A stretch of DNA of 39,207 bases, from the NCBI GenBank assembly GCA_040260805.1, contig JBDQPD010000022.1:1-39207 (forward strand), written 5' to 3'. The position numbers and the translations under genes were made by a program. The notes beneath the pieces are model-generated. The model did not search any database. It was not told the origin of the DNA and was given only the letters and a program-made list of their open reading frames with translations. Shown here in pieces: positions 26,966 through 35,574 of this stretch. Every line of letters begins with the position of its first letter. The stretch's first letter is position 1. Origin of the DNA: Myxococcota bacterium. GTDB lineage: Bacteria > Myxococcota > UBA4151.

Positions 26966-28990
26966 CTACGGCCAACCGCCGCCACCACCCGCCCGGGGGG
27001 GCGTCTCGGTAAACATTTGAGCGGCGCCATCATCGACGTCGCCACTATCCCATTCGATGTTTGCGACCTGCCACCAGGCTTGGCTCGCTAAGAGTTCGGC
27101 GGTTTCTTCGAAGACCAACCGTTCCCAGACGTAGATTCGGACTGTCGCTAATGTTGAGCTCACGCCGCCAGGGCCACCCGGACGAGCGCTGAAATAGTGA
27201 ACGCCCACCATAAACACCTGGTCAGACTCGGGCTGGTCGATGTTGATGTTCTCGGGGCCAAAGCCGTTCACGTCATCGACATCAAGCACTGGGTCGTCCT
27301 CGGGGCCACCGGGACCCCAGTTGAGTCGAGGCTCGCCGTTCAGGTTCGGTTTGCAGTTTGCGTAGTAGCAGTCATCCGTTCCTGTATAGGAGGCGCGGTC
27401 ACCGCCACGAAGCAGATGCAGATCGACATCCGATGACGGATGGTCCCAAGTCAGTTCGATGTGAATCGAGTCGCCTGGGATGTTCTGGAAATCGACCGTC
27501 GCCCAGTCCGACCAGACACCATATTGATCTTGGACTCGAAGCGCGGCTCGATAAGAACCGATGATGTCGACGCCGCGGATAAAGTTATCGATGTTGTTCA
27601 AGAAACCGAGCTCAGTCGTTTCGTCATCGCCGGTCACAAAGTCGAGGTTCGAATCGGTCGGGCGGTATGCGCCGACATCAATGTCTTCGCTGAAACTCCA
27701 CTCGTAGGCGCTGATCTCTGCGCCGTTCGCTCCGTAGGAGTCTTCACCAGTCAGCAGCACGGTATCCGAAGGAGCGACCTGTGCGATGCCTTCGTTGCGA
27801 TTCGGCGGGCCGCCGCTCACACTCAGCACACGCGGCACAGCGGTGGGCATATTGTGCCCAATGCCCACTAAGCCCATGGAAATCTCTTCGCCGCCAGGCA
27901 CATTCGTCGTGAAGCTGATGCGACCGGTATAGCGACGCAGAGCGGATGGCTGAAACGCCAGCTGGAACGTGGTCGACGTACCCGGGCTGATCGCTAGCGG
28001 TTGTTCGCGGCTAAACGCCGGCTCATCGATGAAGCGAAAGATGGGACGCCCTTCAGGCGCCTCGGCTTCACCGCTGCAGAAGGTCTGCGCGGGGTCTTCG
28101 GCATCGAGCGCGCAGAACTGACCCAAGGGACAAACAGTCTCTTCGTTGCACGCAGTTCGGTCCGCCCAAACCCCGGCATCGCCCGTCTCTTCTGCTGCGT
28201 ATGGGCCATCGACACAGGCTCCATTTTCGCCGCCACACCACTGCTGACCCTCACAGGTCTGACAGTCGCTTCTGGGCGCATCTCGAAAACCAAGTTCGGA
28301 GCCAAAGAGCAAGAGATCGCGCTCACCAATATTGGTGATCTCAACACGGCAGTTCGCCTGACTGTTCACGCCGGTAAAGCCAAACTGGCAGGGGCCGCCG
28401 TCCCGAGCGTTCGACGCCACGCGAGCGACGATTTTCGCTTCGGGCAAGCCCATGTCCGCGCCTTGACCCACGATCGCGATACGAGTCAGCTCGCAGTTGA
28501 TCGCAGCGCCGGCGTCGAGACAGGTCTGCTCATCGACCTCTTCCTCGCCGTTGTCGGCGTTGGTGAACACTTCAATGTAGCCGAGGTTCTGGCCTGCTTC
28601 CATCTCGATGGTTGGGGTCCAGAACACCTTAAATGCGACGAACTCTTTGCCCGCTAGCACCGGGCGACCGCTGCTCGCCCAATCCAGCCCAAGCTCCGGA
28701 AGTTGTGGCGAATCCTCGGCGAGCCTGACGTTGTAGATCGTCAGCGGCACGTCGGCTCGGTTCGCGAGCGCAATCGAGCGGTAGTTGAAGATCGAAACGC
28801 CAGCTTGGCCAAAATCTAACGCGCACTCTTTTGCATCGTCAACAGCGCAAAGGGGCGTCTCAATCTCGGCATCCGTATGCTGAACTTGCAGCATCGGCGC
28901 GACTTTGATGATGATCGGCTCATCGCAATTGCAGCCCGGTTGCAGCGTGCTTCCGAGCACCACCGCGAGCATAGCTAGCCAACGCTTCAT
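26966..28990 (-). CDS. Lipoprotein with ASH/choice-of-anchor-D-like Ig domains, Cys-rich insert, PKD-like domain and YfaP/DUF2135-like C-terminus
   Basis: MKRWLAML..QPGCNC (ATG 28990, GGAG RBS); LDFG..IAN, FG..ITNIG..L; AYEWSF; IHIELTWD..SDVDLHL..LDVDDVNGFGPENINI..VGVHYF. Confidence 0.75.
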   Translation of the reverse strand: MKRWLAMLAVVLGSTLQPGCNCDEPIIIKVAPMLQVQHTDAEIETPLCAVDDAKECALDFGQAGVSIFNYRSIALANRADVPLTIYNVRLAEDSPQLPELGLDWASSGRPVLAGKEFVAFKVFWTPTIEMEAGQNLGYIEVFTNADNGEEEVDEQTCLDAGAAINCELTRIAIVGQGADMGLPEAKIVARVASNARDGGPCQFGFTGVNSQANCRVEITNIGERDLLLFGSELGFRDAPRSDCQTCEGQQWCGGENGACVDGPYAAEETGDAGVWADRTACNEETVCPLGQFCALDAEDPAQTFCSGEAEAPEGRPIFRFIDEPAFSREQPLAISPGTSTTFQLAFQPSALRRYTGRISFTTNVPGGEEISMGLVGIGHNMPTAVPRVLSVSGGPPNRNEGIAQVAPSDTVLLTGEDSYGANGAEISAYEWSFSEDIDVGAYRPTDSNLDFVTGDDETTELGFLNNIDNFIRGVDIIGSYRAALRVQDQYGVWSDWATVDFQNIPGDSIHIELTWDHPSSDVDLHLLRGGDRASYTGTDDCYYANCKPNLNGEPRLNWGPGGPEDDPVLDVDDVNGFGPENINIDQPESDQVFMVGVHYFSARPGGPGGVSSTLATVRIYVWERLVFEETAELLASQAWWQVANIEWDSGDVDDGAAQMFTETPPRAGGGGGWP

Positions 28991-29042
28991 AATCTGTCTC
29001 CAGTTCGCCCATAGGGCGTAGCACGATCCAGCCGCGCCGTAA

Positions 29043-29921
29043 TCAGAATTCACTACCCGCTTTATCAGTCTTCGCTGCCGGGGCAGCAAGCACGGGCTTT
29101 AGCCTCGCCCCCGAGAGAAGTCCTTGAACGGTGTCGAGACGTTCGATGGCGCGCGTCACCTCGGGTCCAGCGTGGCGATGATAGCGCCGATAAAGGTCAC
29201 GTGCACGCAGCACTGCGTCCAAAGCATCTGCCTCCGCGCGCCGGCCTCGAACCAGACCCACTTTACCCAAGAGCTCCTTGTGTCGGCCCTCCAGCACCAC
29301 CGCAGAGGTTGGGAACAATTCCAAGCGCGCGCCAAGATGTTCGACGCGATCCTCATCGGCACGCGTCAGCGCCGGTCCGATCAGCTCGACGATCAAGCCG
29401 ATCAAGCCTTCATCTAAATCCTCGCGCTCTGTGTAGCGATGCGTACGGTACTGCATCCCAGGCTCTAACTTTAGGGGTGCATAGCGACGCAGAAGCATGG
29501 AACTCTCGGGCGCCATCGCTCGAGTCGTCCCTGGCAGCCAACCGCCGCGGCGAACCTCAACAAACTGACCACGCTGAACCAGATGATAATCACGCAGGTT
29601 GAGGGCACCGACTAGAATCATCACCAAGATCAGGAGCGCCCCAATGACGACCCAGGGCAGCATATTTGAGCGGCCAGCTTGTGGCAGCATCGTTCCAGCG
29701 GCGCCGGTGGGCGGGTAGGTCCCGGGTGGTAGGGTCGTCCAACCGCCGGTCTCATTTGGACTGGGTCCATCAGCAGCAGGTTGCGCAGCGGGCGTTTCTT
29801 GCGAAAAGTCCTCAGGTTCAAGGTGCCCTGCGTGGCTTGCCCAGCCCTCGGCCGCGCCGCCCGCTTGCAGATCAGGCTTTGCCTGAGACCCTTCCGGTCC
29901 TGATTTGGGTTCGCCGGTCAT
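29043..29921 (-). CDS. Hypothetical bitopic membrane protein
   Basis: Pro/Gly-rich disordered N-terminus, one TM (WVVIGALLILVMILVGAL), helical C-terminal domain. GGGGG RBS. Confidence 0.7.
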   Translation of the reverse strand: MTGEPKSGPEGSQAKPDLQAGGAAEGWASHAGHLEPEDFSQETPAAQPAADGPSPNETGGWTTLPPGTYPPTGAAGTMLPQAGRSNMLPWVVIGALLILVMILVGALNLRDYHLVQRGQFVEVRRGGWLPGTTRAMAPESSMLLRRYAPLKLEPGMQYRTHRYTEREDLDEGLIGLIVELIGPALTRADEDRVEHLGARLELFPTSAVVLEGRHKELLGKVGLVRGRRAEADALDAVLRARDLYRRYHRHAGPEVTRAIERLDTVQGLLSGARLKPVLAAPAAKTDKAGSEF

Positions 29922-29989
29922 CGGTCGACCCCCCTGTTCTTCGCTGTTTCAATACCTGCCTAGACTGCTCGGTGGCAATCCGCTCCAGG

Positions 29990-30520
29990 CTAATCGGTCG
30001 ATTTAACGCCGACGTAGGGCAAATTACGGCTCAAGCCGGCTTCATCAAGACCATAGCCGACCACAAAGAGATCCTCGATGGTAAACCCCACCCAATCAGC
30101 AGCCTCATGGTTCTCACGGCGGCTCGGCTTATCGAGTAGACTGACAAACTTGAGTGACGCCGGCTCACGCCCGGTCAGAATCGTTCGCAGCTTCGCCAGC
30201 GTGTGACCGGTATCGACGATGTCCTCAACGACCAACACGTGCCGCCCCGCGATCTCTTGACGCAGATCCGTCTTGAGTTTGACTTCGCCACTGCTGACCG
30301 TGCTGTCACCGTACGAGGACGCCGACATGAAATCGACCTCAAGCGGGCGCTGCATACCTCGAGCTAGATCGGCCATAAAGATGAACGAGCCACGTAAAAT
30401 ACCTACCATCACGATGGGCTCTTCAACACCGCTGTAATGCTCGGTTAACTCACCGGCTAAGGCCTGGGTCCGCTCCGCTAGCTCGGAAGCGCTGATCAAA
30501 ACACGCATGGGGTCACTCAC
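29990..30520 (-). CDS. hpt: Hypoxanthine phosphoribosyltransferase
   Basis: GILRGSFIFMADL, SSYG, VLVVEDIVDTGHTL, LLDKP, FVVGYGLD..RNLP. Confidence 0.96.
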   Translation of the reverse strand: MSDPMRVLISASELAERTQALAGELTEHYSGVEEPIVMVGILRGSFIFMADLARGMQRPLEVDFMSASSYGDSTVSSGEVKLKTDLRQEIAGRHVLVVEDIVDTGHTLAKLRTILTGREPASLKFVSLLDKPSRRENHEAADWVGFTIEDLFVVGYGLDEAGLSRNLPYVGVKSTD

Positions 30521-31329
30521 ACAAAACTGTTGTTTAAGACTTCGCCGACGCCGCCGGCGCCCGGAACGATATATTGGGTAGCCGTCAGTCCACGCTCGCC
30601 CTCTGAGCTGCCAGGCTTAGAAGCCAGAGCTTCGTCGGTGCTCAAGCCTCGGTCCAGACGCAAGGCGACGATGTGAACGTCGTCATGTGCTGACAACAAC
30701 CGCTCGATACACTCCGGCGTGCAGGTTAAGAACAGAGCCACAAAACGACGGGCAGTACCCTCGACGGACTCTTTATAATAGCGGATCGCATGGTCGATGC
30801 TGCCGCCCGTCGCGCCCATGGGGTCTGGCAGTAAAACGGTGGCATCTTGGACATCGCCACCGATCTTCTCTCCGCTCACCGAAACACCGATGACCTCTCC
30901 CGATGCGTTGGTCTGTCGAGCCATGGCAAAATGATCTTGGCGCAAGCCGTCGACACCGAGCAGCGCCGCCCCCATACGAAAGCAGACCTCAGAAGGTACA
31001 ATCCCTGCACGAGCAATGGCGACGCTCACCAGACGCTGCGCCGAAAAGCAATCACCGCGGTACACCCCAGCCTCAGTCAGAGCGCTCATGCGCGTCTCGA
31101 GCGCTTGAGTCTCCCTGCTCAGGTGAAGGCTAAAGGCTTCGGCACAAAGGTACTGATATCCCAGCCTAACGTAATCACCCAGAGCCGGCTGGACACACTC
31201 CTGAGAACCGATTCGAGCCATCAGCGACAACGCAAAGGGATTGTGCAAAAATGTGACCCGATCACCGTAGCCATGATCGAGTCGGTGCTGTCCATCCAGC
31301 AACTGATAGGCGCTGTCTTCACGCTTCAT
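30517..31329 (-). CDS. upp: Uracil phosphoribosyltransferase homologue (divergent)
   Basis: IARAG, LLPDPMGATGGS PRPP loop, YIVPG. Start trimmed to ATG 31329 (ATGA overlap with the tdk stop). Confidence 0.8.
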   Translation of the reverse strand: MKREDSAYQLLDGQHRLDHGYGDRVTFLHNPFALSLMARIGSQECVQPALGDYVRLGYQYLCAEAFSLHLSRETQALETRMSALTEAGVYRGDCFSAQRLVSVAIARAGIVPSEVCFRMGAALLGVDGLRQDHFAMARQTNASGEVIGVSVSGEKIGGDVQDATVLLPDPMGATGGSIDHAIRYYKESVEGTARRFVALFLTCTPECIERLLSAHDDVHIVALRLDRGLSTDEALASKPGSSEGERGLTATQYIVPGAGGVGEVLNNSFV

Positions 31330-31931
31330 GAGGGCTCTCCTTCCGACGCAATCCACTGTTGAGCGGTGCGCGTGTCTTGCGGATCGAAGTGACGACGACA
31401 ACGCGCTTCATAGGCTTCAGCAGCGCCGACTTGAAATAGATCGTGTCCCTTGATCACGCGCTGCGAACGATTGGCAGGATTACCGCATACGGTGCAAATG
31501 GCCATCACTTTTGTGACCGACTCACTGACCGCCATCAGGCGATCCATTGGCGAGAAGGGTTGCCCTTTCCAGTCCTGGTCCAACCCAGCCACCACGACAC
31601 GCTTACCCTGGTCCGCAAGCCGCTCGCACAAGGCGACGAGGCCTTCGCCGAGGAACTGACCCTCATCAATTCCAATGACCTCTGCGTCATCTTCAAGCGC
31701 CTGCTCGAGTTCACTAAGATCGCCGATCGGCTGAGCCATCAACGTTTGACCCGCATGACTTGCGAGCTGGACCGCATCGTAGCGATCATCGATCGCTGGC
31801 TTGAAGGCTTGAACTCTGCGCTGAGCGATCTGAGCGAGTTTGAGTCGTCGAATCAACTCAGAGGTTTTACCCGAGAACATTGAGCCCACCACGACTTCAA
31901 TCCACCCAGCGTCACGAATACCTTGAAACAC
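31326..31931 (-). CDS. tdk: Thymidine kinase (TK1 type)
   Basis: GSMFSGKTSEL, IGIDEGQF, AGLDQD, zinc site CTVC..ARCRRH. Likely GTG start at 31931 after GGAGG; the ORF track extends to 32021. Confidence 0.95.
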   Translation of the reverse strand: MFQGIRDAGWIEVVVGSMFSGKTSELIRRLKLAQIAQRRVQAFKPAIDDRYDAVQLASHAGQTLMAQPIGDLSELEQALEDDAEVIGIDEGQFLGEGLVALCERLADQGKRVVVAGLDQDWKGQPFSPMDRLMAVSESVTKVMAICTVCGNPANRSQRVIKGHDLFQVGAAEAYEARCRRHFDPQDTRTAQQWIASEGEPS

Positions 31932-32083
31932 GATGCGCTCGCCTCCCCATGATGGGTTAGAGGGCCGCAACCGCTTGGGCAAGAGGCCACGAGGATTGTC
32001 CGCGCCGCTGAGCAAACTCATAACAGACAGGTGGTGGTCTTGTGGCGCGTTTTTGGGTAGCGAAAGAGGCTCGCTGAGGAACT

Positions 32084-33172
32084 ATGGTTTCGGACTCTCG
32101 CCCACCCACACCTATTTCACGCATCGGTACCATGACCGAGCTCGGCCCAGGTATGGAAGTCTTTGGAGATTATTATCTCCTAGGCCGGGTTGGTCTGGGT
32201 GGAATGGCTGAGATTTTTCGGGCGCGACGCTTTCAAGAGCCCGTCGAAGGTAGCGAGCTTGGACCCTTCGGACGTGCGAGTCGTCGACGCATCTATGATG
32301 CACCGATCGTGGTGCTGAAGAGGCTGCTGGTTGAGCAAGCGAAGAACCCATTCTTCCTCGACAACTTTATCATGGAAACCGATATCGCTCGGCTCTTCGA
32401 TCATCCCAACGTCGTCAAGACGCTGCAAAGTGGAGACGTGGAGGGCGTCTTTTATCTGGTGATGGAATACGTGAGCGGTGTTAATCTCAATGTGCTGCTC
32501 GGCAAACTCGCCAGTCAGCGCCAGCGGATGGATTTACAAACCGCTTTGTTTATCGTGCACAGCGCCGCAGCAGCGCTTGATTATACGCACAACTTTCGAA
32601 TGCCCAGCGGCCGACGCAGTCATTTTGTTCACCGAGATCTCAGCCCCCACAACATCTTCTTAGGGTTTGGCGGCAAAGCTAAGCTTGGCGACTTCGGTGT
32701 GATTCACATGGATGCGCTTGAAGGCTCCGCCGAAGGCGCGGTCGTGACGGGTAAGCTCGGGTATTTGAGCCCCGAGCAAGTCTCTGCTCAAGAACTCGAC
32801 GAGCGGAGTGATCTCTTTAGTCTGGGTATTATCCTCTACGAATGTCTGACCGGCAGACGATTATTCTATGCTCGCAGGGGCGAGAAAGAGACCGAGGTGA
32901 TGAAACGAATCCGAGAAGCGAGCGTCCCATCGGTTCGAGAAACTGCCCCCGATATTCCCGCTGCGCTTGAAGACCTGGTCATGTTTTGTCTCAAAGCTCG
33001 GACCAGCGAGCGCATCGAATCTGCGGAGGCTATGATGAACGAGCTATCCGGCTTTATGACCCTCGATCCATTGTCTGCTGCTGAAGCGCTCGCCGCGCGC
33101 CTGATTGATTTGTTTCCTCAACAACACGCCGACTTTCTGAGAGACCTTGAGCATGGCCTTATCCGTCCATGA
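32084..33172 (+). CDS. Soluble Hanks-type Ser/Thr protein kinase
   Basis: VGLGGMAEIF, VVLKRL, HRDLSPHN, DFG, GKLGYLSPEQ, SDLFSLG. No TM segment. Confidence 0.92.
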   Translation: MVSDSRPPTPISRIGTMTELGPGMEVFGDYYLLGRVGLGGMAEIFRARRFQEPVEGSELGPFGRASRRRIYDAPIVVLKRLLVEQAKNPFFLDNFIMETDIARLFDHPNVVKTLQSGDVEGVFYLVMEYVSGVNLNVLLGKLASQRQRMDLQTALFIVHSAAAALDYTHNFRMPSGRRSHFVHRDLSPHNIFLGFGGKAKLGDFGVIHMDALEGSAEGAVVTGKLGYLSPEQVSAQELDERSDLFSLGIILYECLTGRRLFYARRGEKETEVMKRIREASVPSVRETAPDIPAALEDLVMFCLKARTSERIESAEAMMNELSGFMTLDPLSAAEALAARLIDLFPQQHADFLRDLEHGLIRP

Positions 33173-34022
33173 ACTGACCGCGCTGCAGAGCCAGCTCATG
33201 GCTTGGCGCCAAGAAGGGCTAACGATCGGGTTTGTCCCGACCATGGGCGGACTTCATGATGGGCATTGCTCGTTGATGCGTCAGGCGACGCAACGTTGTG
33301 ATCGGTTGGTGGTCTCGATCTTTGTCAACCCAGCGCAATTTGCGGAAGGCGAAGATCTTGAATCGTACCCGCGAGACGCCGAGAGTGACCTCGCGCTGGC
33401 GACGTCAGCGGGCGCCGACCTGGTCTGGTTTCCCAAGCTCAAAGATATCTATCCCGATGGCTGGTGTTCGACCATCGTACCGAGTGGCGTCGGCTTAGAA
33501 CTTGAGACCGATCACCGACCTCATTTCTTTACCGGGGTTGCCACCGTCGTTGCGCGCCTGTTCGCATTGATACGTCCTCAGATCGCAGTCTTTGGCGAGA
33601 AGGATTATCAACAACTGTTGGTCGTGCGCCAGCTCAACAAAGACCTCTGTTTTGGGGTCGAAGTGCTTGCGGGCAGGCTCGTTCGCGACCGCGACGGCTT
33701 AGCCTTGAGCAGTCGCAATGTGTACCTAAGCCCGGAGGCTCGGGCCGATGGGCAAGCGGTCCCGCGCGCCCTAGCTGCCGTGTGCGCAGCGTATGCTCAA
33801 GGTGAGCGCTCGGTAGCCCCGCTCGAAGCTGCGGGTGTGGCGGAGCTTCGAGCCATTGGCCTTGAGGTGGAGTACTGTCGCATCGTCTCGGCGCACGATC
33901 TGAGCGCACCGCCGGACTCGCTCAGTGGAGATGCTGACGACTGGAGGCTGGTCACCGCTGCCCGGTGCCATGGCATCCGGCTCATCGACAACTGCGCATT
34001 GGATGATCCACCATGGCGCTAA
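33147..34022 (+). CDS. panC: Pantoate-beta-alanine ligase
   Basis: GFVPTMGGLHDGH, SIFVNPAQF, YPRD, FGEKDYQQ, GLALSSRN, RLIDN. Start is TTG 33147 or ATG 33153. Confidence 0.96.
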   Translation: MSMALSVHELTALQSQLMAWRQEGLTIGFVPTMGGLHDGHCSLMRQATQRCDRLVVSIFVNPAQFAEGEDLESYPRDAESDLALATSAGADLVWFPKLKDIYPDGWCSTIVPSGVGLELETDHRPHFFTGVATVVARLFALIRPQIAVFGEKDYQQLLVVRQLNKDLCFGVEVLAGRLVRDRDGLALSSRNVYLSPEARADGQAVPRALAAVCAAYAQGERSVAPLEAAGVAELRAIGLEVEYCRIVSAHDLSAPPDSLSGDADDWRLVTAARCHGIRLIDNCALDDPPWR

Positions 34023-35287
34023 AACCCGTACGCGTTGACTCACCCGCCTATGCCCGCCTGGGTGATGTTGCGCTTAGAGATCGCGAGAAACGAGTCACGC
34101 GAGCTCAGACGCTAGCGTACGCACGCCTGGTCATTCTCGGCGTCGGCATGGGCTTGCTGGCGGTACCCGACTGGGCGCTGACCATCGGCTTAGTCACCGA
34201 ACAGATCCTGACCTGGTATCTGATCGTCATCGCCTACACCGCGTTCCACGTCATGCTGCTGCGTCATCCCAAGCTCGGTTTGATGATCACTGCGCTGACG
34301 ACCGTAGCCGACCTGATTGCGATCAGCTGGTTGATCCACGCAAGCGGAGGTCTCGACAGTCCTCTCGTCGGACTGCTGCTGATTCATACCACCGTGATCG
34401 CGCTCGTCTTTCCCAACAGCTTTGTGATGGCGGCGCCGATCCTAACGGTTGGCGGAATTGCGGCGGCGAGCTGGATCGATAGCGGCGAGTGGATCAAGCT
34501 GAGTTACCAAGTGGGCTGGTATGCAGGCCTCAATCTGATGGTGGTCGCGACCGTCGTGCACATCGCGCGCAGGGACAGTGAACAAACACGCGAGATTCTT
34601 GCGCTTGAGAAACATCTCAAAGCGAGCGCTGTGGTGGACGAGCGCAATCGTTTAGCCCGAGAGATGCATGACGGAATTGGGGCAGCCCTGAGCGGGTTGA
34701 TTATTCAAGCTGAGTACCTCAAATCGATGCTCGATGATCCCGAAACCAAGCAAGAGGCTGAAGAGCTCTACGAGTTAGCCCAGACCGCGATCGAAGAGCT
34801 TCGCCGAAGTCTCAAGATGATGCGCGCCGATTTCGAACTCGTCCCCGCCTTGCTTGAACACTGCAATGGTGCGGCTAGTCGGTATCGAATTACCGTTGAC
34901 CCCGAGCTGATGCAGCCGCCTGAGGGCATCCCTAGTGATCAGCAACTTGCGATTTTTCGAGTGCTGCAAGAATGCATCGCAAACGCCGTGAAGCATGGGC
35001 AGGCAAAGCGCATCTCGGTGCAGCTCAGCTTTCGCAAAAACAAGCTCATTTTAGAGGTCGAGGACAACGGCAAAGGCTTTGACCCCACCCTCGAGAAACA
35101 GGGTCACTATGGACTGATCAATATGAGAGAACGAGCGATCCGCTGGGGCGGAGGGTTTACGCTGGAGTCCGCCCCGGGAGCGGGTTGCCGTGTGATCTTC
35201 TCGGTACCATTTACGCCCCCCGAGATTGGGGTGCCCGGCGAACTGTTCGAAGCCAGCCAGATCCGTCTCGCGCGGCTCGACGACTGA
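34013..35287 (+). CDS. Membrane sensor histidine kinase (HisKA_3, NarX/DesK-type transmitter)
   Basis: About 6 TM helices; ERNRLAREMHD H-box, QECIANAVKH, EDNGKGF, GHYGLINMRER, SAPGAG. Confidence 0.92.
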   Translation: MALKPVRVDSPAYARLGDVALRDREKRVTRAQTLAYARLVILGVGMGLLAVPDWALTIGLVTEQILTWYLIVIAYTAFHVMLLRHPKLGLMITALTTVADLIAISWLIHASGGLDSPLVGLLLIHTTVIALVFPNSFVMAAPILTVGGIAAASWIDSGEWIKLSYQVGWYAGLNLMVVATVVHIARRDSEQTREILALEKHLKASAVVDERNRLAREMHDGIGAALSGLIIQAEYLKSMLDDPETKQEAEELYELAQTAIEELRRSLKMMRADFELVPALLEHCNGAASRYRITVDPELMQPPEGIPSDQQLAIFRVLQECIANAVKHGQAKRISVQLSFRKNKLILEVEDNGKGFDPTLEKQGHYGLINMRERAIRWGGGFTLESAPGAGCRVIFSVPFTPPEIGVPGELFEASQIRLARLDD

Positions 35288-35289
35288 GC

Positions 35290-35574
35290 TTAGCGTCCAC
35301 CCATCCGCTCAAGTTTGCCCGCAACGACCGACTCGATCTTCTTCGCAAAGAGCTTGAGCGCAAAGGGCAACTTACCTTCAACGACAATGGTCTGCCCTTG
35401 GACATAAGCTGTCGCTTTGACGCCGCGCCCCGCCCCTTCGAGTCGCGTCTCGCTGATCCAGCGGTGATCGCCAATGAAGTCGCCGTATTGCCCTAAGAGA
35501 TAGTCGGCGTTGTCTTTAAACAACGCTTTAACTTCTTCTGCCGTTTTGTCGGCGTAGGTGTGACTGACCTTCAT
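35290..35574 (-). CDS. Putative polyhydroxyalkanoate-granule-region (PHA_gran_rgn-like) protein
   Basis: 94 aa with pattern H..T.EE....YG....W....L...G.GV.A...V....V..KLPFALKLF..KIE. ATGA-coupled to the ACAD gene. Confidence 0.6.
   Translation of the reverse strand: MKVSHTYADKTAEEVKALFKDNADYLLGQYGDFIGDHRWISETRLEGAGRGVKATAYVQGQTIVVEGKLPFALKLFAKKIESVVAGKLERMGGR

Noticed and set aside
31932..32021. N-terminal extensions in the ORF track for tdk (also mdh, upp, the 707-aa and the 854-aa ORFs)
   Set aside because: Downstream starts have an RBS or stop-start coupling, and homology or signal peptides begin there.
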